DNA from: Alphaproteobacteria bacterium
GTDB lineage: Bacteria; Pseudomonadota; Alphaproteobacteria; Rs-D84
Assembly: GCA_033345275.1 (NCBI GenBank)
Contig: JAWPOF010000007.1
Coordinates: forward strand, 215,892-279,891
Length of the DNA: 64,000 nucleotides
Reading direction: 5' to 3'
In this document: positions 1 through 10,175 of the stretch, in pieces
Numbering within the stretch: the stretch's first letter is position 1
Layout: every line of letters begins with the position of its first letter
Made by a program: the position numbers and the translations under genes
Notes under the pieces: generated by a model
What the model was told of the DNA's origin: nothing
The model's input: the letters and a program-made list of their open reading frames with translations, nothing else
The model's database searches: none

Positions 1-217
1 TGGCCAAGAAATACCGCCCTTTGGAATCCACACTGATTTGAATCGCATGCTCGTTACCCGTCATAGCGGACGCACCCGCCCGTGGCAATTCCAAATCAAT
101 TCCTGTTGTCATCATAGGTGTTGTCACCATAAACACCGCAAGCAACACCGTCATAACATCAATCATCGGTGTTAATTGAATAGAAAAATCTGCTTTTCTG
201 CGTCTGATTCTGGACAT
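1..217 (-). CDS. tolR: TolR/ExbD-family biopolymer transport protein (C-terminal part lies outside the window)
   Basis: My own reverse-strand translation from ATG at 217-215 gives MSRIRRRKADFSIQLTPMIDVMTVLLAVFMVTTPMMTTGIDLELP... This is a basic N-terminus plus a single TM with the TPMIDV motif typical of ExbD/TolR. It lies directly downstream of tolQ and is not in the ORF track because it runs off the edge. Confidence 0.75.
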   Translation of the reverse strand, partial: MSRIRRRKADFSIQLTPMIDVMTVLLAVFMVTTPMMTTGIDLELPRAGASAMTGNEHAIQISVDSKGRYFLA

Positions 218-228
218 CTATGCCACCA

Positions 229-708
229 TTACTTCTGGTTTTGAAATTCTTTACACGCACATTCCAGTCTTTCATACAAGTCATCCGACTTCTTCGAATA
301 CACCTGATACGCAATCGCCGCTGGAATCGCTGCAATCAACCCCAGTGCAGTTGTCCCCAGTGCAACCGCCAATCCCGGCGCAATAACGCCAATACTGACT
401 GACTGGTTCACACCAATTGACGCAAACGAATCCATAACACCCCACACAGTTCCAAACAAACCAATAAACGGTGAAATATAAGACACCATGGACAAAAACC
501 ACAAATTCTTGTCAAATGGACGAATGAACACATCTAAATTTTCACTGGGATTCATTTTAACAGGGTTGCGTTTTTGTCTGTGCCACAAACGAAATTTTTC
601 AACAATAACAGCCCAAGACATCACACTGAATGCCAACAACACCATCGACACAACAAATGTCATAATATCGCCAGTAAATAAATTTAATAACGAAAAATTG
701 TTTCCCAT
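229..708 (-). CDS. tolQ: TolQ/ExbB (MotA-family) proton channel subunit
   Basis: ORF 229..816, with probable start MGNNFSLL at 708. It has hydrophobic segments and the C-terminal 'PFIGLFGTVWGVM...ALGTTALGLIAAIPA' MotA/TolQ/ExbB-type signature, in ybgC-tolQ-tolR gene order. Confidence 0.75.
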   Translation of the reverse strand: MGNNFSLLNLFTGDIMTFVVSMVLLAFSVMSWAVIVEKFRLWHRQKRNPVKMNPSENLDVFIRPFDKNLWFLSMVSYISPFIGLFGTVWGVMDSFASIGVNQSVSIGVIAPGLAVALGTTALGLIAAIPAAIAYQVYSKKSDDLYERLECACKEFQNQK

Positions 709-725
709 TTTATTTTCCCTTTCTT

Positions 726-1100
726 TTATTTCAAGCCATCGATAAAATCCCCAGGCATACGTTTCGGACGCATATCGTCCCCCAGATATGCAACTTTCAA
801 ATTTATTATAGCACAAACATTCCCATCTTTCACGAACTTTTGTTCAACTTTTACAACCACAGCCCCAACATCCACCATCTGTGTTTCGACCACAAACTCG
901 TCCGCAACCCGCAAAGGTTGAATATACTTAACATTCAACTCGCGTACGACAAAACCGACATCGCCCCCAACATTCAGTTTACCTCGCAACCAATTCATAC
1001 GCGCCCGTTCTGCTATTTCCAGATAACGTGCATGATAAACAATACCCTCGGCATCAGTGTCAGCATATGCGATTGTAAAAGGAAATTTATGAATTTTCAT
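726..1100 (-). CDS. ybgC: YbgC-type 4HBT acyl-CoA thioesterase (tol-pal associated)
   Basis: The 124-aa product starts 'FPFTIAYADTDAEGIVYHARYLEIAERARMNWL', a hotdog-fold thioesterase N-terminus with the catalytic Asp. It lies directly upstream of tolQ. Confidence 0.75.
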   Translation of the reverse strand: MKIHKFPFTIAYADTDAEGIVYHARYLEIAERARMNWLRGKLNVGGDVGFVVRELNVKYIQPLRVADEFVVETQMVDVGAVVVKVEQKFVKDGNVCAIINLKVAYLGDDMRPKRMPGDFIDGLK

Positions 1101-1190
1101 TTATATACCCCCACCACAACTACATTTACCCCTTCTTTTAATCGTGCCATAACACACACAGCTTCGTTTATTGTCTTTTCATACTCTGGC

Positions 1191-2189
1191 TTATACATCA
1201 GACTTGTCCAACCCCAAATGCTGGTATCCCAAATCAGTAATAACACGTCCACGTGGTGTACGCTGAACAAACCCTAACTGCATCAAATATGGTTCAATAA
1301 CATCTTCAATCGTGTCACTGGGTTCTGATAATGCTGCCGCCAGATTTTCAATCCCCACAGGCCCACCCGCATAGAATTTAACAATCGTTGACATATATTC
1401 GCGATCAATTTCATCCAACCCGCATCCATCAATATGCAATTGGAACAGGGTAGTTTTAATTATTTCTGCGGTAATACGTTCCCGGTTTAGCGCTGCGGCA
1501 AAATCGCGCGCACGCTTTAACAATCTGTTTGCGATACGTGGCGTACCGCGCGCAGAACGCGCCAACATCAACGCCCCATCAGCATCAATCGGCGTTCCCA
1601 GAATATTTGCGCTGCGCATAATAATCTTGGCCAAATCTTCGGGCGAATAAAATGACAACCGCAAATCAATTCCAAATCTATCACGCAATGGATTTGACAA
1701 CAATCCCGTACGTGTTGTCGCCCCAACCAATGTAAACGGGGGCAGGTCGATACGCACACTTTTCGCACTGGGGCCTTCGCCCAGCATAATATCCAATTTG
1801 AAATCTTCCATCGCAGAATACAAGACTTCTTCTATGGCGGTTGGCAAACGATGAATCTCGTCAATGAACAAAACATCCATCGGTTCTAATGCAGTCAAGA
1901 TAGCCGCCAAATCCCCCTGTTTGGTCAGCATTGGGGCCGCCGTCGCCCGAAAATTGGTACCCAATTCATTTGCCACGATGTGTGCCAATGTCGTCTTGCC
2001 CAATCCTGGTGGCCCATACAATAAAACATGGTCCATCGCCTCGGCCCGATTACGGGCGCCAGACACAAACACCGACAGATTCTGTTTCAAACCTTCATGA
2101 CCGATAAAGTCCGACAAACTGCGCGGACGAATAGTTGCCGCCATATCATCCGGGATATTTGCATCTAAAAATCTTTCTTTATTTTGCAT
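1191..2189 (-). CDS. ruvB: Holliday junction branch migration ATPase RuvB
   Basis: The 332-aa product has Walker A '[11 protein letters not shown]', '[10 protein letters not shown]', 'LVGATTR' and a RuvB-type C-terminal domain. Confidence 0.95.
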   Translation of the reverse strand: MQNKERFLDANIPDDMAATIRPRSLSDFIGHEGLKQNLSVFVSGARNRAEAMDHVLLYGPPGLGKTTLAHIVANELGTNFRATAAPMLTKQGDLAAILTALEPMDVLFIDEIHRLPTAIEEVLYSAMEDFKLDIMLGEGPSAKSVRIDLPPFTLVGATTRTGLLSNPLRDRFGIDLRLSFYSPEDLAKIIMRSANILGTPIDADGALMLARSARGTPRIANRLLKRARDFAAALNRERITAEIIKTTLFQLHIDGCGLDEIDREYMSTIVKFYAGGPVGIENLAAALSEPSDTIEDVIEPYLMQLGFVQRTPRGRVITDLGYQHLGLDKSDV

Positions 2190-2191
2190 AA

Positions 2192-2851
2192 TTATAACAG
2201 CTTATCCTCGGCATTTTCTCGCCCGACATAGGCCTTTAAATCATTATACATCTGACGCAAGTCAGCTGGCTGACTATACAGCGCATCCGCCCCCCTGATA
2301 CGAATGGTTTCTAAATCAATCTGCGCCTGTTTTTTCAAAACCTGGGTCATATGGGACGCAAAAGCACGAGCCTCGTCTGATTCTGCTGTACCCTGCAACA
2401 ACAAGCCGCGATTTGGTCGCGGAGACAAAAATGTAAAATCAGACATAGACACATCCGGCGACACCAATGCAAAACCCGATATTTCGGGTCTGCGCATCAT
2501 AGCTTGCAAAACATACCAAGCCCCCAACTGATGCCCAGCCAGCCAAATTTTATCGCTATCTTCATTATGATTTTGAATCCAGTCGATTACCGTCGCAATA
2601 TCCAGCATATTTTCAGATGTAATGCCTATGGTTCCCTCGGAATCTCCAACCCCACGATAATTAAACCGCACAACCGAAAACCCGATATCCATAAACGCGC
2701 GAAACATTGCGTACGACACACGATCATTCATATGAAACTTTTGTCGCGGATTTCCCGACAAAATCACCGCCAAAGGGGCTGCCTCTTGCGCAGACTTGTG
2801 ATAAACCGCATGCAATTTACCGGCCTCTCCCGCAATAATCAAATCGACCAT
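2192..2851 (-). CDS. alpha/beta-hydrolase fold protein (COG2945-like), nucleophile elbow altered
   Basis: The 219-aa product has '[11 protein letters not shown]' and '[13 protein letters not shown]' where this family normally has GFSFG. See findings. Confidence 0.55.
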   Translation of the reverse strand: MVDLIIAGEAGKLHAVYHKSAQEAAPLAVILSGNPRQKFHMNDRVSYAMFRAFMDIGFSVVRFNYRGVGDSEGTIGITSENMLDIATVIDWIQNHNEDSDKIWLAGHQLGAWYVLQAMMRRPEISGFALVSPDVSMSDFTFLSPRPNRGLLLQGTAESDEARAFASHMTQVLKKQAQIDLETIRIRGADALYSQPADLRQMYNDLKAYVGRENAEDKLL

Positions 2852-2986
2852 TATTCCACCTTTCTATTATTACCCAGTCATAAAATAAACCAAAGCGATT
2901 ATAAATTTCAATAAAAATATTTTTTGTTTTGACACAATTATCAAAAATGTTCTAAGATTTATCACGAAAGAACAAAAGGCGACACG

Positions 2987-3904
2987 ATGTTAAGACCTAT
3001 TTTGACCGCTGTTTTTGCTGGAATCGCTACAATTTCTGCCCACGCAGAAGAGATTTTTTACGACAACGTGCAAACGATTTACACTGAAACACCAGTACAA
3101 TCTTACTATGCGTATCCAGACGACATAAACTTTATTCCAGAAACTACGTTTATGGAACGTGCAGACAGTTTGAATTATGACCAAAATATAATTGCCAAAC
3201 GGAAACAAGAACTTGAAGAACATCCGGGGGTTAAGTTTGCAGATCGTCCCATGGTAATTTGTCGTAATTTTGGTTGCACGCGCATGAATGACCGCATTAC
3301 GCGTTCTTTCCTGTTCAACAGTATTGCGAACATGTTTATGATGAACTCGCACTCTCGCGTTTATATATGCGAAGCAGACCCGTTCTCGCGCGATTGTCTG
3401 GAATCTGGCATTTCTTTCCCAGCGCGCAGTGGCATTGCCAACGCAATACTTAAAATTCCCAAAGCAACAATTTCCCAGGTAAACCTCTCTACAGGACTTT
3501 CCAAGGCAACCGTCAGCATGACATATGAATTCCTGGTTAACGGCATCAACCGCGTTTGCGAACCAACCGTTATGGACATCGTAGTCCCCGTTAATTCCGA
3601 GGCAGTCCTATCAAATCGTGAATTCGCCTGCAATATGACCAGCGATGGCATCAGCAGCGTTTCCTTGATTGTCAGCCTGGACTACATTGATTTGGACTAC
3701 GGTATCTTGGGTGGCTATTATTCATTGGGCATGCAGGGACCAACAACTGGCGGTGGCACAGGTTACGCGTTGTTCAAAACAGAATTTGCAACCAGCAACA
3801 TGCAATTTCGTGCTGCTACATACGAAGAATACGTAACAGGCTCGGACAACACAGTACAAACAATTCGTCCCGGCGAATACGCAGTCGAACCACTAAGAAG
3901 ATAA
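2987..3904 (+). CDS. secreted hypothetical protein
   Basis: The 305-aa product has an N-terminal signal peptide 'MLRPILTAVFAGIATISAHA/EE'. I recognise no family motif. Its stop abuts the response-regulator start. Confidence 0.5.
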   Translation: MLRPILTAVFAGIATISAHAEEIFYDNVQTIYTETPVQSYYAYPDDINFIPETTFMERADSLNYDQNIIAKRKQELEEHPGVKFADRPMVICRNFGCTRMNDRITRSFLFNSIANMFMMNSHSRVYICEADPFSRDCLESGISFPARSGIANAILKIPKATISQVNLSTGLSKATVSMTYEFLVNGINRVCEPTVMDIVVPVNSEAVLSNREFACNMTSDGISSVSLIVSLDYIDLDYGILGGYYSLGMQGPTTGGGTGYALFKTEFATSNMQFRAATYEEYVTGSDNTVQTIRPGEYAVEPLRR

Positions 3905-4552
3905 ATGAACAATACAATTCTGATTGTCGATGATGACGATATGCTGCGCCAACCTTTGGCAACAGCGTTGCGTGGCGAAGGATTTCATGTAATTACTTCT
4001 AACTCCTCGGAAAACGCCGCCGAGGTATTAAAGCGCATGTCTGTGGATGCCATTATACTGGACCGCATGATGACCAACATGGACGGACTGACTTTTTTGC
4101 GTCAACTGCGCTCAGCGGGCGACACAACCCCAGTATTGATGCTTACCGCACTCAGCGGGGCAGAAAACACAATTGACGGATTATCTTGTGGTGCGAACGA
4201 CTATCTGGCGAAACCATTTCAAATTCGTGAACTGATATTACGCCTGCGCAACATCATACGCCACACAACCACAACCCGGAAAAAAATGCCCCAGGGCCTA
4301 TCATTCACAGATAACGAGTTTTTTGTTTCAGACCCAACAGGTGAAAAAAAACAAATACTGGCTTTGTCTGGCGAAGAAAAAAGATTGTTACAATTATTAA
4401 CCAGCCCCCTGGGCAACATCGCACCTGCGGCCCCTATGGTTGCAAAACGCTTGCGAAACAAATTAAATCTAGTACTATCACACCTGGACATCATAACAAT
4501 TCGGGGGCATGGATATAAACTGATTGATAAATCCACACACCCCATAACATAA
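3905..4552 (+). CDS. OmpR-family two-component response regulator
   Basis: The receiver domain shows 'ILIVDDDD', acceptor Asp in 'AIILDRMM' and 'DYLAKPF'. The C-terminal winged helix ends 'IRGHGYKL'. Confidence 0.85.
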   Translation: MNNTILIVDDDDMLRQPLATALRGEGFHVITSNSSENAAEVLKRMSVDAIILDRMMTNMDGLTFLRQLRSAGDTTPVLMLTALSGAENTIDGLSCGANDYLAKPFQIRELILRLRNIIRHTTTTRKKMPQGLSFTDNEFFVSDPTGEKKQILALSGEEKRLLQLLTSPLGNIAPAAPMVAKRLRNKLNLVLSHLDIITIRGHGYKLIDKSTHPIT

Positions 4553-4564
4553 ACGGACCAAGAA

Positions 4565-5845
4565 ATGAGATTAGTTCCTCGCAGTTTTTTATGGCGAACC
4601 ATATTAATGATTTTAGTACCATTGATTGTCGCACAGGTTATCGTTGCCAACGCGTTCTTTGGTAACCATTGGTCACGCGTACACAATACATTGGCTCGCA
4701 CATTGGCAGGCGAAATCGCAACAATAATGAACTTTATTGACGAAGGCAACACAAATGCTGCACAAAAAATGTCACGTGACATCGGTATCAATGTCACGGT
4801 CAATGAAAAACTGAACCGCCCCAAACACAACGACAATCATGCACGCGAAACAGGTCGCTTGACATCCGAACTAAGCCAACGTCTACATCGCGACGCAGAT
4901 ATTTACATGGATCGCAACAAGCGGCTTATCTTTATTGACATACCAACCCAGAACAATCAGATTATAACATTTGGCACATCGCTATATCGGATATATTCCA
5001 CCAGCACCGAAGTATTTATTATATGGCTAATTGGTTCTATTTTGATTGTATCAATTTTAATTGCCCCGTTTATTATTACGCACACCCGCAGCATTCGTCG
5101 TATTGCGCATGCGGCGGGTCGCTTTGGTCGCGGTTTGGACGCACCTGGTTTTTCTCCAACAGGCTCCAAAGAAATCCGCGAAGCCGCCACATCTATGATA
5201 ACTATGAAAGAGCGTTTGGATAGATACAACCGAACTCGCACAGATATGTTGAACGCGGTCAGTCACGACCTTAAAGCACCATTAACCCGCATGCGTCTGG
5301 CACTAGAAACGGGGACGGCCACCAATGACAATTTGATTCGCGACATAGATCGCATGGCAGAAATGGTGAACGGTTATCTGGCATTCGCTCGTGGCGAAGC
5401 CCCGGAAATCGAACAGGCAACCGAATTGCCTCCAATGCTCACACGAATCGCGCGCGACGCGGCACCAACAAAAAAAATCATAACAAATTTCCCGGACACC
5501 CCAACACAATTCTATGCGCATCCAATGGCATTGGCGCACGCATTCAGCAACATTATTGAAAACGCCGCCAGATACTCACACAAAATCATCAGAATTACCG
5601 AACGCGATTACGCCGACAAAATCGAGGTTATTATCGAAGACGACGGCCCTGGAATCCCGGACAGTCGCAAACGTGATGCCTTGCGTCCATTTGTTCGTCT
5701 GGACGATTCGCGCAGTTCAGAAACAGGCGGAACAGGGCTGGGGCTGTCAATCGCCCAAACTGCAATTGAAAATCATGGCGGACAACTATTCCTGGAAGAC
5801 AGCGAATTTGGCGGTCTGCTTGTCAGGATAGTTTTACCTATCTAG
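4565..5845 (+). CDS. EnvZ-like sensor histidine kinase
   Basis: It has two TM segments, H-box 'AVSHDLKAPLTRM', N-box 'NIIENAARYS' and G-boxes 'EDDGPGIP' and 'GGTGLGLSI'. Confidence 0.85.
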   Translation: MRLVPRSFLWRTILMILVPLIVAQVIVANAFFGNHWSRVHNTLARTLAGEIATIMNFIDEGNTNAAQKMSRDIGINVTVNEKLNRPKHNDNHARETGRLTSELSQRLHRDADIYMDRNKRLIFIDIPTQNNQIITFGTSLYRIYSTSTEVFIIWLIGSILIVSILIAPFIITHTRSIRRIAHAAGRFGRGLDAPGFSPTGSKEIREAATSMITMKERLDRYNRTRTDMLNAVSHDLKAPLTRMRLALETGTATNDNLIRDIDRMAEMVNGYLAFARGEAPEIEQATELPPMLTRIARDAAPTKKIITNFPDTPTQFYAHPMALAHAFSNIIENAARYSHKIIRITERDYADKIEVIIEDDGPGIPDSRKRDALRPFVRLDDSRSSETGGTGLGLSIAQTAIENHGGQLFLEDSEFGGLLVRIVLPI

Positions 5846-5868
5846 CCCCCGCCACAATGCAAACAAAA

Positions 5869-5895
5869 ACGCCCGATTGGGCGTTTCTTCTTTTT
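5869..5895 (+). terminator. rho-independent terminator after the kinase gene
   Basis: Hairpin ACGCCCGATTGGGCGT is followed by TTCTTCTTTTT. Confidence 0.6.
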
Positions 5896-5918
5896 CAAAG
5901 AAAATATGCCTGTTGCCC

Positions 5919-5946
5919 CTTGAAAACAAATTTTGCATAACTATAT
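5919..5946 (+). promoter_or_regulatory. putative sigma32-type heat-shock promoter of dnaK
   Basis: CTTGAAA is followed, after about 14 nt, by AACTATAT, resembling the CTTGAAA / CCCCATnT (alphaproteobacterial CYTATNT) RpoH consensus. It sits about 35 nt upstream of the dnaK RBS AGGAG. Confidence 0.4.
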
Positions 5947-5979
5947 GGTGTGTAAGCAAATTTTTAACAGGAGTAAAAA

Positions 5980-7875
5980 ATGGGAAAAGTAATTGGTATT
6001 GACTTGGGTACAACAAATTCAGCCATGGCATTCATGGATGGTTCAGACCCAAAAATTATCGAAAATTCCGAAGGTCAGCGCACAACCCCATCCGTTGTTG
6101 CATTGACATCAAACGGAGAGCAGTTGGTTGGCATCACAGCCAAGAACCAAGCGGTCACCAACCCCGAAAACACAGTCTATGAAATCAAACGTTTAATGGG
6201 TCTGCGTTTTGACAGCCCAGCGGTTCGCGAAATCGCCACACGCGTTCCATATAAAATCGTTGCGGGCGACAATGGCGACGCATGGGTTGAAATGAACGGC
6301 AAGAAATATGCCCCATCCCAGATTTCCGCAATGATTCTGGCAAAATTAAAAAAAGATGCAGAATCCTATCTGGGCGAACCGGTCACCGACGCGGTAATCA
6401 CAGTTCCCGCATACTTCAACGATTCTCAACGTCAGGCAACCAAAGACGCAGGTCGCATCGCAGGTTTGAACGTATTGCGTATTGTTAACGAACCAACGGC
6501 AGCGGCATTGGCATACGGTCTGGACAAGGACAAAGATGGCATTATCGTGGTCTATGACTTGGGCGGGGGCACATTTGACGTATCTATTTTGGAAATTGTT
6601 GACGGCGTATTCGAAGTTAAATCTACCAATGGCGACACAGCCCTGGGCGGTTCAGATTTTGACGCGCGCATCTTGGAACACTTGATTGCCGAATTTAAAT
6701 CACAGACTGGTATTGACCTGTCGGGCGACAAATTAGCGCTGCAACGTCTAAAAGAAGCCGCCGAAAAGGCAAAAATCGAACTGTCATCCAAGACATCAAC
6801 GGACATTAACCTGCCATTCTTAACAGCGGACGCGTCGGGTCCAAAGCACTTTAACACAACCCTGACACGTGCGAAATTGGAATCATTGGTTGCGGATTTA
6901 ATCGAACGTACAATCGAACCATGCAAAAAAGCATTAAAGGATGCAGGCCTGGAAAAATCACAGATTAACGAAGTTATCTTGGTCGGGGGCCAAACCCGCA
7001 TGCCCAAGGTTGCCGAAACGGTCAAAGAATTCTTTGGTCGCGAACCGCACAAAGGCGTGAACCCAGACGAAGTTGTCGGCATGGGCGCTGCCATCCAGGG
7101 TGGCGTACTAAAAGGCGATGTCAAAGACGTTCTGTTACTGGACGTAACGCCATTGTCGCTGGGCATTGAAACATTGGGTGGTGTGTTCACACGTCTGATT
7201 GACCGCAACACAACAATTCCAACCAAAAAATCCCAGGTGTTCAGCACCGCCGAAGACAACCAATCGGCCGTAACTATCCGCGTATTCCAGGGCGAACGCG
7301 ACATGGCGGCGGACAACAAATTGCTGGGTCAATTCAATCTGGAGGGTATCGCACCAGCCCCACGTGGCATGCCACAAATCGAAGTGTCTTTTGACATCGA
7401 TGCAAACGGCATTGTGCACGTATCGGCCAAGGACAAAGGCACCGGCAAAGAACAGGCGATTTCAATCAAATCCGACGGCGGTCTGTCCGAAGACGAAATC
7501 AAACGCATGGTTGACGAAGCTGCTGCTAATGCCGAAGCGGACAAAGCAAAACGCGAACTGGCCGAGGCCAAGAACACCGCCGAAACCGCAATTTTCAGCA
7601 TTGAAAAATCACTGAAAGAACACGGCGATAAAATCAGCGAAGCCGACAAAAAAGCCATCGAAGATGCCAAGAAAGAATTGGCGGACGAATTGGCACGTGC
7701 AGAAGCAACGGTTGACAGCCTGAAATCAAAAACCGAAGCGTTAACCGAACGCGCCATGAAACTGGGCGAAGCGGTCTATAAAGCCCAACAGGCCGAGCAG
7801 GGCGCATCCGCCGACACCACAGAAAAGAAAAACGACGACGGCACCGTCGACGCAGACTTTTCTGAAAAGAAATAA
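5980..7875 (+). CDS. dnaK: molecular chaperone DnaK (Hsp70)
   Basis: The 631-aa product has 'GIDLGTTNS', '[10 protein letters not shown]', '[11 protein letters not shown]' and a C-terminal lid with an acidic tail. Confidence 0.98.
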   Translation: MGKVIGIDLGTTNSAMAFMDGSDPKIIENSEGQRTTPSVVALTSNGEQLVGITAKNQAVTNPENTVYEIKRLMGLRFDSPAVREIATRVPYKIVAGDNGDAWVEMNGKKYAPSQISAMILAKLKKDAESYLGEPVTDAVITVPAYFNDSQRQATKDAGRIAGLNVLRIVNEPTAAALAYGLDKDKDGIIVVYDLGGGTFDVSILEIVDGVFEVKSTNGDTALGGSDFDARILEHLIAEFKSQTGIDLSGDKLALQRLKEAAEKAKIELSSKTSTDINLPFLTADASGPKHFNTTLTRAKLESLVADLIERTIEPCKKALKDAGLEKSQINEVILVGGQTRMPKVAETVKEFFGREPHKGVNPDEVVGMGAAIQGGVLKGDVKDVLLLDVTPLSLGIETLGGVFTRLIDRNTTIPTKKSQVFSTAEDNQSAVTIRVFQGERDMAADNKLLGQFNLEGIAPAPRGMPQIEVSFDIDANGIVHVSAKDKGTGKEQAISIKSDGGLSEDEIKRMVDEAAANAEADKAKRELAEAKNTAETAIFSIEKSLKEHGDKISEADKKAIEDAKKELADELARAEATVDSLKSKTEALTERAMKLGEAVYKAQQAEQGASADTTEKKNDDGTVDADFSEKK

Positions 7876-7882
7876 TTGAAAA

Positions 7883-7905
7883 ATCCCCCAATTGGGGGAT
7901 TTTTT
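7883..7905 (+). terminator. dnaK terminator
   Basis: Perfect palindrome ATCCCCCAATTGGGGGAT is followed by TTTTT, 8 nt after the dnaK stop. Confidence 0.75.
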
Positions 7906-7913
7906 CAGACACT

Positions 7914-7935
7914 AAAAAACCCGCCAATTGGCGGG
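7914..7935 (-). terminator. rplS terminator
   Basis: On the minus strand, CCCGCCAATTGGCGGG is followed by TTTTTT, just after the rplS stop. Confidence 0.7.
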
Positions 7936-7940
7936 ATTTA

Positions 7941-8330
7941 TTATTTTGCGTTCTTTTCTGCAGATGTAGCAGCCAAGTCTTCGACGATACGCGCCTTTTT
8001 GCCTGACAACCCACGCAGGAAGAATAACTTTGCACGACGTACTTTACCGATACGAACCTTTTCAATCTTTTCGATTGCAGGGCTGTACAGTGGGAACTTG
8101 CGTTCAACACCAACACCGTATGATTCACGACGTACTGTAAAGGATGCATTATTTCCCATGCCACCATCACGTGCAATAACAACACCTTCGAAAACCTGGA
8201 TACGGAATTTATCACCATCTTTAATTTTGACGTGAACCTTTAATGTATCCCCAGCCTTAAAGTTTGGGATTTTTTTATCACCCGCCAGTTTTGCAACCTG
8301 GGCCGCTTCGATTTTTTTAATAATGCTCAT
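7941..8330 (-). CDS. rplS: 50S ribosomal protein L19
   Basis: '[33 protein letters not shown]...FTVRR' is classic L19. Confidence 0.95.
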   Translation of the reverse strand: MSIIKKIEAAQVAKLAGDKKIPNFKAGDTLKVHVKIKDGDKFRIQVFEGVVIARDGGMGNNASFTVRRESYGVGVERKFPLYSPAIEKIEKVRIGKVRRAKLFFLRGLSGKKARIVEDLAATSAEKNAK

Positions 8331-9013
8331 TTTTCATTTTCCTTTATTAAGTCCGGCCGACGTTTTTTTGTTATGTCAACCGATTGTTGTTTCCGCCACC
8401 GTTCGATATTGCCGTGGTGACCGGACAGCAGGACTTCTGGGACGCTTCGTCCACGCCATACTGACGGACGGGTATATAACGGCCATTCCAACCCGCCGAT
8501 TTCGAAACTTTCATTTTGGGTGGTCTCATCACCACCGTGAACCACATTATCCATCACGCGAACGCAACTGTCAACAAAAACTTGGGCTGCGATTTCACCA
8601 CCCGACAGTATGTAATCCCCGATGGAAAGTTCCATTATATCATATTCTTCGATGATTCGTTCATCAATTCCTTCGTACCGACCACACAGCAGGGTATATG
8701 TCGCGTCGGGCTGGGCGACAAATTCGCGCACCATCTTTTGGTTCAGCGTTGCCCCACGTGGCGAAAAGTATATGATTTTCCCCGGATTTTTAATTGAATC
8801 CAGTGCCGCCCCCAGACAATCCGGCCGCATTACCATACCGGCACCACCCCCGAATTGCGTATCATCGACACTGCCATAATTATTTATTGCAAAATCACGA
8901 ATGTTTATTACATCATACGACCAAATCCCCCGTTCCAAAGCGCGCCCAACAACCCCGCCGGCAAGCGTCCCCGGAAACATTTCTGGAAAAACGGTCAGTA
9001 TATTAAAATGCAT
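8327..9013 (-). CDS. trmD: tRNA (guanine37-N1)-methyltransferase TrmD
   Basis: '[11 protein letters not shown]', 'YEGIDERI', '[11 protein letters not shown]' and '[13 protein letters not shown]'. It overlaps rplS by 4 nt. Confidence 0.95.
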   Translation of the reverse strand: MHFNILTVFPEMFPGTLAGGVVGRALERGIWSYDVINIRDFAINNYGSVDDTQFGGGAGMVMRPDCLGAALDSIKNPGKIIYFSPRGATLNQKMVREFVAQPDATYTLLCGRYEGIDERIIEEYDIMELSIGDYILSGGEIAAQVFVDSCVRVMDNVVHGGDETTQNESFEIGGLEWPLYTRPSVWRGRSVPEVLLSGHHGNIERWRKQQSVDITKKRRPDLIKENEK

Positions 9014-9477
9014 TATTTTACAACCACAATCTTGTTTTCTATATCAACAGTCGCCCCAATAAAAGACACCATATCACCATTGTCCAGTTCAATAATATCG
9101 CCAGCCCCATAATTCTGGAAACAGTCTACAACACCAATTTTCCGCCCATCACGCACAACATCAAAACCAATCAAATCAGCCTGATAATATTCATCGTCCG
9201 CAACCGGGGGCAGACCATCACGCGCAACAAACAATTCTGTCCCACGCAACGTTTCCGCGGTATTTCTGTCATCAACACCACGAATTTTCGCAATTACGAC
9301 ATTAGAGTTTGGCACCGCGCGAACGAACCTAAAATCCCCAACTGCAAAACGCGAACTAATGACATTGAACTTTTGAAAATCTGTTGTTTTTTCCGCAAAG
9401 GATTGAACACGAACCTCGCCCCGAATACCTTGTGGCGCCACAATTTTCCCGACCAAGATTTTTGTTTGATTTGGCAT
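9013..9477 (-). CDS. rimM: 16S rRNA processing protein RimM
   Basis: It has the 'VGKIVAPQGIRGEVRV' N-terminus and a PRC-barrel C-terminus, in a conserved operon position. Confidence 0.9.
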   Translation of the reverse strand: MPNQTKILVGKIVAPQGIRGEVRVQSFAEKTTDFQKFNVISSRFAVGDFRFVRAVPNSNVVIAKIRGVDDRNTAETLRGTELFVARDGLPPVADDEYYQADLIGFDVVRDGRKIGVVDCFQNYGAGDIIELDNGDMVSFIGATVDIENKIVVVK

Positions 9478-9479
9478 AT

Positions 9480-9695
9480 TTATTTTTGTTTTTGTAACTC
9501 TTGTTGTTTTCTTTGTTGAAGCTTAAAGGCGCGCAGTTTTGCACATTCATGCTCTAACACCTGACACTTGCCATTTGTCACAAAGCAAACGCCCCGGTTC
9601 AACATCATATCTTCGTACATCTGACGAAAAAATTCATCCTCGCGTTCAGACTGCGTGCATTCTAATCTTTGTTCATAAGGACAATAAAAAACCAT
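9480..9695 (-). CDS. small Cys-containing hypothetical protein inserted between rpsP and rimM
   Basis: ORF 9480..9752. The hairpin at 9720-9738 and a GGGGG Shine-Dalgarno 5 nt upstream favour the start MVFYCPYE at 9695 (71 aa, 5 Cys, Lys/Gln-rich tail). The stop lies 2 nt before the rimM start. Confidence 0.45.
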   Translation of the reverse strand: MVFYCPYEQRLECTQSEREDEFFRQMYEDMMLNRGVCFVTNGKCQVLEHECAKLRAFKLQQRKQQELQKQK

Positions 9696-9719
9696 ATCAA
9701 CCCCCATATACAAAATCTT

Positions 9720-9738
9720 GCCCGGGAAAATCCCGGGC
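9720..9738 (-). terminator. stem-loop (attenuator/terminator-like) just after rpsP
   Basis: On the minus strand, GCCCGGGATTTTCCCGGGC is followed by AAGATTTTGT, 15 nt after the rpsP stop. Confidence 0.45.
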
Positions 9739-9752
9739 AACACAAACAACAA

Positions 9753-10175
9753 TTATTCCGCAACCTCTGTCGCTGGCGCTTCTGCTGCTGCCTTGGCTGC
9801 CGCTTCTGCTGCGGCTTTTTCTTCGGCTATCTTTGCCAATTTGTCAGCTTTGTCCTTGATTTTCATCTGTGTTTTTTCAGACTGCAAATGTTTCTTTGTC
9901 TGAACAGGAATCGCCTTGGCCTTTACCAAGCCAGCCTTGGCCAAAAACTTGTAAACACGATCTGATGGCTGTGCACCTTTGGCCAACCAAGCCTTGACTT
10001 CATCCAACTTCAAAACAACACGTTTGTCGCTGTCTTTTGCCTGCATTGGGTCGTATTTACCAACAACTTCCAATACATTACCTGAATTACGCGCATTGCG
10101 TGAATCTGTTACAACGATGTGATAATATGGACGTTTCTTTGCACCAAAACGCGCCAAACGAATAACAGTTGCCAT
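9753..10175 (-). CDS. rpsP: 30S ribosomal protein S16 with Ala/Lys-rich C-terminal extension
   Basis: It starts 'MATVIRLARFGAKKRPYYHIVVTDSRNARNSG'. The extended tail is 'KLAKIAEEKAAAEAAAKAAAEAP'. Confidence 0.95.
   Translation of the reverse strand: MATVIRLARFGAKKRPYYHIVVTDSRNARNSGNVLEVVGKYDPMQAKDSDKRVVLKLDEVKAWLAKGAQPSDRVYKFLAKAGLVKAKAIPVQTKKHLQSEKTQMKIKDKADKLAKIAEEKAAAEAAAKAAAEAPATEVAE

Noticed and set aside
6552-7757. Long antisense and off-frame ORFs inside dnaK, and similar ones inside leuS, tkt, the OmpA gene, hisS, xseA and the giant gene
   Set aside because: They lie entirely within much longer ORFs that have unambiguous protein-family signatures. Their products are low-complexity (Ser/Ala/Arg/Pro-rich), which is typical shadow-ORF behaviour.
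9696-9752. Longer version of the rpsP-rimM small ORF starting at 9752 (MLFVLPGIFPGK…)
   Set aside because: That extension would be translated across the GC-rich hairpin at 9720-9738 and abut the rpsP stop without an RBS. The internal Met at 9695 has a GGGGG Shine-Dalgarno.
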